Of a DNA stretch of 64,000 bases, positions 9,174 to 16,912 are shown in pieces. Source of the DNA: Clostridia bacterium (lineage in GTDB: Bacteria; Bacillota; Clostridia; Oscillospirales; CAG-272). Each line of letters begins with the position of its first letter. The first letter of the stretch is position 1. The stretch is taken from positions 17,310 to 81,309 of the forward strand of contig JAFTLJ010000014.1 in assembly GCA_017456005.1 (NCBI GenBank), given 5' to 3'. The notes below the pieces were generated by a model. It worked only from the letters and a program-made list of their open reading frames with translations. It did no database searches and had not been told where the DNA came from. Made by a program: the position numbers and the translations under genes.

Positions 9174-9626
9174 TCACGCTTCCAGCTGCTTGCCGAGAAA
9201 GGAAGCCGCTGTTTGAATAAGCTTTATTTCCGTTTCGCGGCCCGGGCATTCGCCTTTTGTTCCTTCGCCCGCAAGCGACATTACACAACCTATAACGTCA
9301 CCCTCTGTGAAAATGGGCATGGCGCAGGATATGTGGCAGCTATCGTTTTCTTCTGTAGGATGGACCTTCTCTGCCGAATTTTCGTCGGTGTAAAGCGAGC
9401 GTGCTTCTATAATTTTTTCCAGGCTATGAGAATTTTTCTTTTCCAAAAATTCTTTTTTGGGCACGCCCGCGCACGCTATGATACAGTCTTTGTCGCATAC
9501 GGCGACGGGCATGTTGCAGGTTTTATAGAGCGTTTCCGCATATTCTGCGGCGAAATCCATAAGCTCGCCTATGGGCGAATATTTTTTGAATATGACCTCG
9601 CCCTCTCTGTCTGTGTATATTTCCAG
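9174..9626 (-). pseudogene. spoVT: spoVT 3' segment (codons 34-183; GAF-like C-terminal domain) of a split gene
   Basis: LEIYTDREGEVIFKKYSPIGELMDFAAEYAETLY...AASFLGKQLEA is collinear with B. subtilis SpoVT residues 34-178 (recalled sequence). It has no start codon of its own and is read as the tail of the recombinase ORF. Confidence 0.9.
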
Positions 9627-11387
9627 CGGGTCGCCGCCGCTGATAACGTTGACACGGAAAACCTTATCGCGCCTTTTTTTGGCGGATTGGGCTGCCACGG
9701 TGGAAAGCTCCTCTGCGGCTTTTTCGATATTTTCCGTGCCGAGGTTAAAATTTACGGCTTGCTTTTCTTTTTCGAAGTGTTCTATTTTACCCGTGCGCAG
9801 AAGCTCGTCTACGTCTGCCTTCAGCTTTATTTCTATGACATCCTCGTAAACGATTATCCTGTCGATGATAAGGTGCAGGTCGCGCTTGTCGAGCTTTTCC
9901 TTTTCGAGTATGTCGCTGAATATGTCGATGACCGTTCTTGCCACGCGGTTCACCTTCGTGATGGTGTTGGTGGTGTTTGCCACCATAGCGAGCTGATTTT
10001 CAAGCCCGTCTATGCGGTTGTTTGCTTCTTCTATGAGCGCGTCGTAGGTTTCTTCTATTATGCGTGCATCGCCCGATGCACGCGCAACGTCGCGTATTTT
10101 TTGGCGCATCATAACCTTTAGCTCGGCGCGTTCTTCCTCAATTTGCTTGCGCAGCTCGTCTGCGGCTTGCATTCCGCTTTCCGTCGTGCGCTTTTCGAAG
10201 TTCAGGTTCTCCTGCAAAATGCGGAGCATTTCGGCGGAATTATCCCTTACCTTGCGGATATACTCTTTTAAGAGGCTATCGAGAAAATCCACGCGGATGT
10301 GGTGCGAGGTGCACCCGGCCGTGCCCCTTACGTGGTAAGTTCCGCAGGTGTATGCGGGCGCGAGATTTTTGCGGCTCATAGCAAACATTGGCGAACCGCA
10401 ATCGCCGCAGAAGAGGAAGCCGGAGTAGGTGTTGTCGTATTTTTTCACACCGCGATAGTTGCTTTTCGTGCGCTGTGCGAGCTGTTCCTGCGCTGTGGCA
10501 AACACTCTGTAATCCACTATTGCTTCGTGGTGGTTTTCAAATACGATATGCTCGCTTTTGTCCAGCTCCACATCGTTGCCGTTGATTTTCTTGCGGCGGT
10601 ATTTGTGCTCGCGCAGCGTACCTATATAGAAATCGTTGTTGATTATTTCGGAAACGGTGACTATGCTCCACTGCTCGCGCACCTTACCCTTGTATTCGTC
10701 TCCCTGCGCCTCCTTGCGTGCGCGTTCGCACATTCTCGGCGTGGGGATGTGCTTGTCTGTGAGGTGGTTGGCTATTTTTTGGTAGCCCCAGCCGTCGATA
10801 TAGAGGTCGAAAATAGTCCTCACCACCTCTGCGGCGGGCTTGTCCACCTCAAAGCTCATTTTTTTGGAGTTGGTCATAACGTACCCGTAGGGAACAGAGC
10901 ATATCCACTCGCCCTTTGCCTGCCTGCTGGCGATAACGTCGGAAACCTTGCGGCTGGCATCGGTAACGGGCATTTCGTTCACGAAGAAGTAGAGCTTTAT
11001 TTTCATCCAGTCGTCCGTGTGGTCCTGGTAATAGTCCACGCCGTCGCCTATGGCTATTATGCGTATATCGTGCTCGGCGATGTCCTCAAATTCTGCCAGC
11101 CCCTTGCCCGTGCGCCTCGAAAAACGGCTAAGGTCCTTTACGATTAGTATATCGTACTCGCCGCGCAGAAGCTTCGGGCGGAGCTTTAAATAATAATCTG
11201 GGCGTTGCTCAAAGGTATAGCCCGAATGGTCGCGGTCTTCATAGTAATCCACGTCGCTTGTGGGAAAATGGAGCTTACAGTAATCTCCGATAATAGCCTT
11301 CTGGTTTTCGATACTCGTGTTGTCCTTGTCGAGCTCAAGGTCAACTGAAATACGCGTATAGGCTGCTATTTTAAAACGCTCTAACAA
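9174..11387 (-). CDS. large serine recombinase (about 587 aa) fused in frame to the spoVT 3' segment
   Basis: The ORF carries a resolvase catalytic motif (AAYTRISV, VKDLSRFSRR), a recombinase domain, a zinc ribbon (CGDCGSPM...CGTYHVRGTAGC) and a coiled coil. TTG start after GGAG. The last 150 aa are SpoVT-derived. Confidence 0.9.
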   Translation of the reverse strand: MLERFKIAAYTRISVDLELDKDNTSIENQKAIIGDYCKLHFPTSDVDYYEDRDHSGYTFEQRPDYYLKLRPKLLRGEYDILIVKDLSRFSRRTGKGLAEFEDIAEHDIRIIAIGDGVDYYQDHTDDWMKIKLYFFVNEMPVTDASRKVSDVIASRQAKGEWICSVPYGYVMTNSKKMSFEVDKPAAEVVRTIFDLYIDGWGYQKIANHLTDKHIPTPRMCERARKEAQGDEYKGKVREQWSIVTVSEIINNDFYIGTLREHKYRRKKINGNDVELDKSEHIVFENHHEAIVDYRVFATAQEQLAQRTKSNYRGVKKYDNTYSGFLFCGDCGSPMFAMSRKNLAPAYTCGTYHVRGTAGCTSHHIRVDFLDSLLKEYIRKVRDNSAEMLRILQENLNFEKRTTESGMQAADELRKQIEEERAELKVMMRQKIRDVARASGDARIIEETYDALIEEANNRIDGLENQLAMVANTTNTITKVNRVARTVIDIFSDILEKEKLDKRDLHLIIDRIIVYEDVIEIKLKADVDELLRTGKIEHFEKEKQAVNFNLGTENIEKAAEELSTVAAQSAKKRRDKVFRVNVISGGDPLEIYTDREGEVIFKKYSPIGELMDFAAEYAETLYKTCNMPVAVCDKDCIIACAGVPKKEFLEKKNSHSLEKIIEARSLYTDENSAEKVHPTEENDSCHISCAMPIFTEGDVIGCVMSLAGEGTKGECPGRETEIKLIQTAASFLGKQLEA
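9606..9655. other. left junction of element (att site half: core CGGGTCGCC 9627-9635)
   Basis: The 9-bp core is identical to 43253-43261. The element-side arm ACGTTGACAC (9646-9655) is the inverted complement of 43234-43243. Confidence 0.8.
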
Positions 11388-11412
11388 TATTGTATTCTCC
11401 TTTCAAAGGTTA

Positions 11413-12801
11413 TTATGAACGGACATACTTTTGATTTTTACTGCTTGGCTTGTCCGGGATAGTTCTGAGCAGCTTTTTTGTTTCGAGTAAGGGGTTCAAG
11501 TATGTGCGTGTAAAATAAGTTAGATTGTTAAAGCCGAGATGTTCACAAATTTCACGCTTGCTTCTTGGTTTTGTGCAAAATTCCAAAATCATCTTAGTCA
11601 CATCTTGGTCACTATCCTGGTCACTATCTCGGTTGCTGAGTGACTGAGATGAATAATTTATATTCTTTAAAATAACGAAGAATGATGAATTGGTAGAATG
11701 GAATGTGGGCTTGAATTCATCAGTATATCCGGGTAATCTTGCGGTTCCTTCTAGAATTTTCCTGAATCCGCTGCCTTGGCGTTCCATATATCCCAAGCGA
11801 CCAAAAATGTCAGCGAGAATAGGGTTGCGACGTGTGGATGATACGTTAGATATATCTCTTTCTTGTATCAGTGTTCCGTCTGCCATACCGCCGGGGGAAT
11901 AAATCGTTAGGCGGTCATCGTAAATATCAATATGGATCTCGCTTCCAAGCACTGTATAGTCGCGGTGAATAAGAGCGTTTACGAGTGCTTCAAAAACGCT
12001 TCGTTCACAGTAATCGGGCATTTCGATGCGAGAATTTGATGTTTTCTTCCAACGTGTTTTCATATTTCGCTTTACAAAGCCAATACCTTCATTAAGCAAG
12101 ATTATCAAACTGCCGGAATATTCTGCGCTGTCCAGAGCGTCAATAACGCCTCCGCTTTTGTCAAGACCGTTCCAGCGTGTGCAGAACAATCGCGAATGGC
12201 GAATAGGAGAACTGTCTGCCAACAGTGCACCTGCATTTGTGAGTTTTCCGTTTTTATCACGCATTTCAAAGGAATCGAACAGCTTATCTTCCATACTGTT
12301 ACCTGTCCAAGCTTTATATTGCTCGCGCATTTTAGAAAAAGCGTAATCCTTGAAATCATATTCTGAAATGAGTGCATCGTAGGTGAGATTCATTCCTTTT
12401 AAAAGCAACTGGTTTAACACGTAGTCGGGCGCAATTACGCTTTCATTGCCTATTCGGATATAGGCTTCTGTTATTCCGTCTGCTTTATAGTAATATGGCG
12501 TTGAGCGTCCTGGATAAACTGTAAGCACCAACAAGTCTTTTCCGTTTTCTTTTTCGGGGGTAAGAACAAAATTCGGAAAAGGCGTGATACGCTCTTTTAT
12601 CAATCGGCTGATATTTTCTGCATCGCTTTGAATATTGTTGAGTCCAATAATGTTTTTATCATTATCAATTCCGAAAAACAGTGTGCCACCGATACCATTT
12701 GCAAAGGCACTGACGCTTTTGAGCCAACTCTTGGGCTTTTTTGTTTCCAATGCAACTTTAAAATCACATTCGGTTGCTTCTGCAATCCATTTGCCTATCA
12801 T
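11413..12801 (-). CDS. AlbA_2 (Schlafen-like) plus HATPase_c_4 domain protein, COG2865-type putative regulator/ATPase
   Basis: 462-aa ORF. It has an N-terminal AlbA_2-like region (SVSAFANGIGGTLFFGID), a central ALVNALIHRDY motif and a C-terminal wHTH-like tail. Confidence 0.65.
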   Translation of the reverse strand: MIGKWIAEATECDFKVALETKKPKSWLKSVSAFANGIGGTLFFGIDNDKNIIGLNNIQSDAENISRLIKERITPFPNFVLTPEKENGKDLLVLTVYPGRSTPYYYKADGITEAYIRIGNESVIAPDYVLNQLLLKGMNLTYDALISEYDFKDYAFSKMREQYKAWTGNSMEDKLFDSFEMRDKNGKLTNAGALLADSSPIRHSRLFCTRWNGLDKSGGVIDALDSAEYSGSLIILLNEGIGFVKRNMKTRWKKTSNSRIEMPDYCERSVFEALVNALIHRDYTVLGSEIHIDIYDDRLTIYSPGGMADGTLIQERDISNVSSTRRNPILADIFGRLGYMERQGSGFRKILEGTARLPGYTDEFKPTFHSTNSSFFVILKNINYSSQSLSNRDSDQDSDQDVTKMILEFCTKPRSKREICEHLGFNNLTYFTRTYLNPLLETKKLLRTIPDKPSSKNQKYVRS

Positions 12802-12867
12802 AAATTTTCGTCCTTTCTAATTGCTTGTGACAATATTGAATTAACTTTACAATTATCTTTCGATAAC

Positions 12868-12896
12868 ATTGTACCATATAAACCGCAGAAAGTCAA
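12868..12896 (-). promoter_or_regulatory. sigma-A-type promoter driving the 12801-9174 transcription unit
   Basis: Minus strand reads TTGACT-N17-TACAAT with TGG extended -10. Confidence 0.55.
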
Positions 12897-12954
12897 CGGT
12901 TTTGTGTATGGAAGAATAATTTGTAAAATTATACGCTTTCGGCTTTTGGTAATG

Positions 12955-13007
12955 AAAAATAGTGAAAAAATAGTGAAAATTAGTGTAAAAATAGTGTAAA
13001 AATAGTG
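12955..13007 (+). repeat. five phased 10-11-bp direct repeats (AAAATAGTG core)
   Basis: aaaaatagtg / aaaaaatagtg / aaaattagtg / taaaaatagtg / taaaaatagtg, immediately upstream of the fic promoter region. Confidence 0.85.
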
Positions 13008-13069
13008 GAATTTTTTGAAGCTATGGTGTATAATAATTTATAGACAATATATTGTAAGGGAATGGTGTT

Positions 13070-14167
13070 ATGGTAAAAGTAATATTGACAAATGAAGCGC
13101 TAAAACGGATTTCTGCCATTGAGGAGAGCCGATTTTCGCTGAAAACGATAGATTTGCCGCAAATTACAAAAAACAGACTTCGTAAAAATTCAAAAAAGAA
13201 AAGCTCGTATGCTTCCAATAAAATAGAGGGCAACCCGCTTACCGAGGCACAGGCGAACGAAGCGATGGAAAGAGATGTTCACAAGCATTTTCTCAAACCC
13301 GAGCAAGAAGTTCGAAATTACTTTTTGGCTTTGAATTTGCTTGAAGAAAAGCTTAAAGCAAAAACACCTTTTTCGAAAGAATTGCTTCTTGAGGTGCAGG
13401 CAATGGTGGAAAAAGGTGCGCCGAAGGAAAAAATCGGGCTCAGAGGCGAAATGCCGCCCGGTGTGCTGTTTGCTGTTTATGATTCGGAAAGCGGATTGCC
13501 GGAATATATCCCTCCGGAATATACGGATATTCCGCAGCTTCTTGATGAGCTTGTTGAATACGTTAATTCCACAGACGACCATCCGCTCATTATTGCGGCT
13601 GTCGTGCATTATCAACTTGTCACAATACATCCATTCGAAGATGGCAACGGGAGAACTGCGAGATTGATGTCGGGGTACATTTTGGATATGTACGGTTACG
13701 GATTTAACGGTATAGGCTCTTTGGAAGAATACTTTGCATATGACCCCGATGAATATTATTCCTCGCTTCAGATGGGTTTGCCCGCACTGTATTATTCAGG
13801 CAGGGACAATCCTCCGCATTTTGAAATTTGGCTGAATTATTTTTTGCGTATGATGGAATTGTATTCTAAAAAAGTATGCGAAATATCGAAAGAAGCGAGC
13901 GAAGACGAGCTTGCGGGAAGTTTATCGTATTTGAATATAAAAGAAAAAGAACTGCTATCATTTCTTCTTCAACATCGCATATATGAATTTACACCTATTG
14001 AAATCAGCAAGCAGCTCGGGGTGACGAACAAGACTGTAATCAATCGGTGCGCCAAACTTACTACAAGTGGGTTTTTGGTGCCGAATATTGTAAAAGAGAG
14101 AGTGCGTTCATACTCGCTTACGGATTTTGCAAAAAGCAATGCAAAACAAATCGTTTCGTTGTATTGA
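13070..14167 (+). CDS. Fic family protein (class II, N-terminal inhibitory motif) with C-terminal wHTH
   Basis: Fic motif HPFEDGNGRTARL. Inhibitory-helix motif SNKIEG matches [ST]xxxE[GN]. Confidence 0.9.
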   Translation: MVKVILTNEALKRISAIEESRFSLKTIDLPQITKNRLRKNSKKKSSYASNKIEGNPLTEAQANEAMERDVHKHFLKPEQEVRNYFLALNLLEEKLKAKTPFSKELLLEVQAMVEKGAPKEKIGLRGEMPPGVLFAVYDSESGLPEYIPPEYTDIPQLLDELVEYVNSTDDHPLIIAAVVHYQLVTIHPFEDGNGRTARLMSGYILDMYGYGFNGIGSLEEYFAYDPDEYYSSLQMGLPALYYSGRDNPPHFEIWLNYFLRMMELYSKKVCEISKEASEDELAGSLSYLNIKEKELLSFLLQHRIYEFTPIEISKQLGVTNKTVINRCAKLTTSGFLVPNIVKERVRSYSLTDFAKSNAKQIVSLY

Positions 14168-14227
14168 AAACCTCTGTAAATCACGCAAAATCAAATTCCT
14201 CGTAATTCGGAGAATTTTTTCGGAAAA

Positions 14228-14375
14228 GTCGATTTTATTCGAATTTTATTCGACAAAAATGTGATTTTATTAGAAAAATAATAAAATTATTCGACAAAAT
14301 ACGATTTTATAAGAAAATTACGAGAAATTTATAAGAAAAATTCGAATAAAATTCTTATAATTTTCGCATAAATTT
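14228..14375. repeat. AT-rich iteron-like array (ATTTTATTCGA / TTCGAATAAAAT / TTATAAGAAAA units)
   Basis: Several direct and inverted copies of 11-12-bp units are visible in a 150-bp non-coding stretch. Confidence 0.7.
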
Positions 14376-14400
14376 CAAATAAAATACATCCTGTTAAGCA

Positions 14401-14430
14401 AAAAGGCTTTGGCGTGCGCCAAAGCCTTTT
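14401..14430. terminator. bidirectional hairpin terminator
   Basis: AAAAGGCTTTGGCG/CGCCAAAGCCTTTT. Confidence 0.65.
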
Positions 14431-14446
14431 CTGCTGTTTACCCGTT

Positions 14447-14712
14447 TCAGCAAAGCTCCTGTTGCGGCTCTTTCCTTGCCATCACTTCCGCGTTATGCTT
14501 CAAAAGCTCGCCCGTGAGCATCGTAAGGTCGCACGTGCCCGATTCAAACAGAACTATGCGGTACTTCTTTTGCCTGTATTCGTCGTATAAAGGCTTCAGC
14601 CTTTCGCGCAAGGCTTCACTTGCCGACTCCGCTTTGGTAAGCCATACCGAAACGTATTTTTTGTCGTCGTGTACGTTTATCTCTATATAGCTCGCCCCCT
14701 TTGTTCTATCAT
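14447..14712 (-). pseudogene. small element-borne ORF disrupted by a frameshift in a G5 run
   Basis: ATG at 14712 gives MIEQRGRAI-stop. The adjacent frame reads ASYIEINVHDDKKYVSVWLTKAESASEALRERLKPLYDEYRQKKYRIVLFESG... to a TGA at 14447. One extra G in the run at 14695-14699 would join the two frames. Confidence 0.5.
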
Positions 14713-14779
14713 TTTTGCCGATATTTTGACAAAATATTCAGTTTTAAGTGTGCTGTATAATTTCACTTTGCCTCCGTAA

Positions 14780-16912
14780 TTATAAGGTTTGTTCAAGTTG
14801 TTTTCGCTTTTTCTGCGTTTTAGGCATGGTGGTGCAATCTTCCGGCACACGGTAGCTTTCTATATTTGCAAGCCCTGCGACGATGTCTAAAATATCCGTG
14901 GCAACGGCGAGTGCTGCGTTCTGCGCCATTCGCGCAAGAGCCACGGCGGCTGGCTCGCACCCTGCCTGCGCCGAGCGGTTGAGGCATTCTATGGCCTTTT
15001 CTATATCAAATATATCCGCCTCGAAAAGATAAGCTTGCGCCAGGCGGTAGTCGGCATACATATTTCCGCGTGCCGAAGCAAGCTCCAAGTGTTCTATGGC
15101 TTTGGCTATATTCTTCTTTACGAGCTTGCCTTCCATATAATATTTGCCGAGGGTGTATGCCGCAAACTCGCTCCCTGCGCTCTCGGCGCGGAAAAGGTGG
15201 CGGAATCCTTTGCTGTGGCTTTCGCCGAACAGGTCGCTTTCCACATAGAGCTTGCCGAGCAGGGCATCGGCAGAAGTGCTTCCGTTTTGCGCGGCTTCCG
15301 AGAGCCATTTTTCCGCTTCAAGCTCGTCCTCCCTATAAACAATGCCGTAAAGAAACATCTTGCCCGTGCGGTACTGCGCCACAGAATAGCCCTTTTCTGC
15401 GGCTTTTGTGAGGTAAATTTCGCCGAGCGCTTCGTTGTAATGCCCGCTGTTTTTATCGAAATAAACGCGCGAAAGGCGATACATAGCGTATACGTTTCCG
15501 AGTCGTGCTTGCTCCTTAAGACGATATATCGAGGTGCCGTTCTCTTGCTCGTCCCCGTCGAAAGGCATATCATCATATAAAGTAGCCTCATCGGGGAAGA
15601 AGCCGCTTATTTCATCAGCAGAGAGATTAGTGCCGCCGTGAGCGCCGAAAGCGCTGCCGAGCCTGCTATCGCCCCAATTATCCAGCGCTTCATCTCGGAG
15701 ATCAGAGCCGAGAATGCCTCCGTATAGCTCTCCGTCGCGGCGTTCAGCTTCGAGAAAAATTGCTCGCGCTTCCTCCCATCCTGTAAAAGCGTTTCCTTGT
15801 TCTCTGCAAGCAGATCCTGCACTTTCGGTACTATACTGCCCGCCGAGGTCTTCACGTCGCGGCTCAGCCTGCCCGACCATTCCTCGATTATCGCCCACAT
15901 CTGCGAAAGGTCCTCCTGCGTTGCCACTTTCCCCTCCAGCGCCGCGAATTTCTCGTACATATTCGGCTGGAATTCCGCCGAGGCTTTCATATATTTGAAG
16001 AAATCCTCCCATATCCTCTCCGGAATCGCATACACTATCGGGCGGTAGGGCGTTTCCTCCACCGTCTTTATCGCTGTTTCCGTGCATTGCTTCAGCTTCG
16101 AAAGCGCTGTGTTTGCCGTGGGTTTGTTCTCTGATTGTAAATTCATATTCCATATTCTCCTTTAAAAATTTAGTTTCGTGCAGGCTCTTGTCACGCACCT
16201 TCATTCCGTTCGGGCAGGTGTAGGTTATGTGCTTTCGGCTGTCCGTCCACGTAACGCCATAGCCTACCGACTCCATAAGCGCGATAAAATCCTGTTTTGT
16301 GCCTGCCATTGTCATCGCTTTTTCGATGTTGTTTATACATTTGAATTTCCAGCTCTCGCCCCTCAGCGCGGAGCGATATTCTCTTGTGTTTATAGCTTTT
16401 GTGCCGAAGCTCTGCTTGTATTCGGGCAGGACGGAAAGGTTGTGCGCGCGGCATATTTCGTCGCTGATTTTTCGCATTTGCTCAAGCGAATGTGTGCCGA
16501 GCTGCAGCTTTTTGCCGTTTTCGAAGCTTACGCTGTTTATAACGAAATGGTTGTGCACACGCTCGGCACCGTCGCTTTCCGCATCGAGATGCGTGCCCAC
16601 GAGAACCTCATAGCCCGCGAACATCCGCGCGGCAAGCTCCGTGCCGATTAGGTGCGCCTCATCGTAGGAGGCGATCTCACCCGGGCGGAAGGATTGCTCG
16701 TAGTGGTAGAAATACGTTCCCTTGCATTTGCCGAAAAGGTTTTTTGTCGCCATAAACTCTTCGAAAGCCGCCTCGCCCATACAGTTTACGCCCGAAAGGT
16801 AACGCCTGCCGTTTTTATCGACCGTCTTTGTGTCCTGTGAAACGTAGCGGATCACCGCGCGCATAGAGCTTTCGTTTTGCTTTGTTTCTCTTATAAAGTT
16901 ACACGTTGCCAC
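14780..16912 (-). CDS. relaxase/mobilization nuclease (MobA/VirD2-type) with C-terminal Sel1-like repeats
   Basis: Histidine triad region THLDAESDGAERVHNHFVINSV. The C-terminus carries at least 5 Sel1/TPR-like repeats (YRLSRVYF, AQYRTGKMFLYG, LGKLYVE, LGKYYMEG, YRLAQAYLF). GTG start at 16912 overlaps the mobC stop. Confidence 0.8.
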   Translation of the reverse strand: MATCNFIRETKQNESSMRAVIRYVSQDTKTVDKNGRRYLSGVNCMGEAAFEEFMATKNLFGKCKGTYFYHYEQSFRPGEIASYDEAHLIGTELAARMFAGYEVLVGTHLDAESDGAERVHNHFVINSVSFENGKKLQLGTHSLEQMRKISDEICRAHNLSVLPEYKQSFGTKAINTREYRSALRGESWKFKCINNIEKAMTMAGTKQDFIALMESVGYGVTWTDSRKHITYTCPNGMKVRDKSLHETKFLKENMEYEFTIREQTHGKHSAFEAEAMHGNSDKDGGGNALPPDSVCDSGEDMGGFLQIYESLGGIPAEYVREIRGAGGESGNAGGPFADVGDNRGMVGQAEPRREDLGGQYSTESAGSACREQGNAFTGWEEARAIFLEAERRDGELYGGILGSDLRDEALDNWGDSRLGSAFGAHGGTNLSADEISGFFPDEATLYDDMPFDGDEQENGTSIYRLKEQARLGNVYAMYRLSRVYFDKNSGHYNEALGEIYLTKAAEKGYSVAQYRTGKMFLYGIVYREDELEAEKWLSEAAQNGSTSADALLGKLYVESDLFGESHSKGFRHLFRAESAGSEFAAYTLGKYYMEGKLVKKNIAKAIEHLELASARGNMYADYRLAQAYLFEADIFDIEKAIECLNRSAQAGCEPAAVALARMAQNAALAVATDILDIVAGLANIESYRVPEDCTTMPKTQKKRKQLEQTL
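15607..16146 (-). CDS. internal alternative-frame ORF (179 aa, helical, C-terminal hydrophobic helix)
   Basis: ATG lies 10 nt after AAGGAG. Its codon third positions resemble the flanking genes, and the amino-acid composition is realistic. It overlaps the low-complexity middle of the relaxase ORF. Confidence 0.5.
   Translation of the reverse strand: MNLQSENKPTANTALSKLKQCTETAIKTVEETPYRPIVYAIPERIWEDFFKYMKASAEFQPNMYEKFAALEGKVATQEDLSQMWAIIEEWSGRLSRDVKTSAGSIVPKVQDLLAENKETLLQDGRKREQFFSKLNAATESYTEAFSALISEMKRWIIGAIAGSAALSALTAALISLLMK

Noticed and set aside
12955-13007. Possible CRISPR array. The 35936-35974 and 14228-14375 repeats were also considered.
   Set aside because: The repeat units are only 10-13 bp, directly abutting or AT-rich, with no spacers of CRISPR size. 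No cas genes are in the window.
14409-14690. 93-aa plus-strand ORF in the fic-relaxase gap.
   Set aside because: It starts inside a terminator hairpin and has a Ser/Cys/Phe-rich translation. The opposite strand carries a more protein-like (frameshifted) ORF with terminator context.
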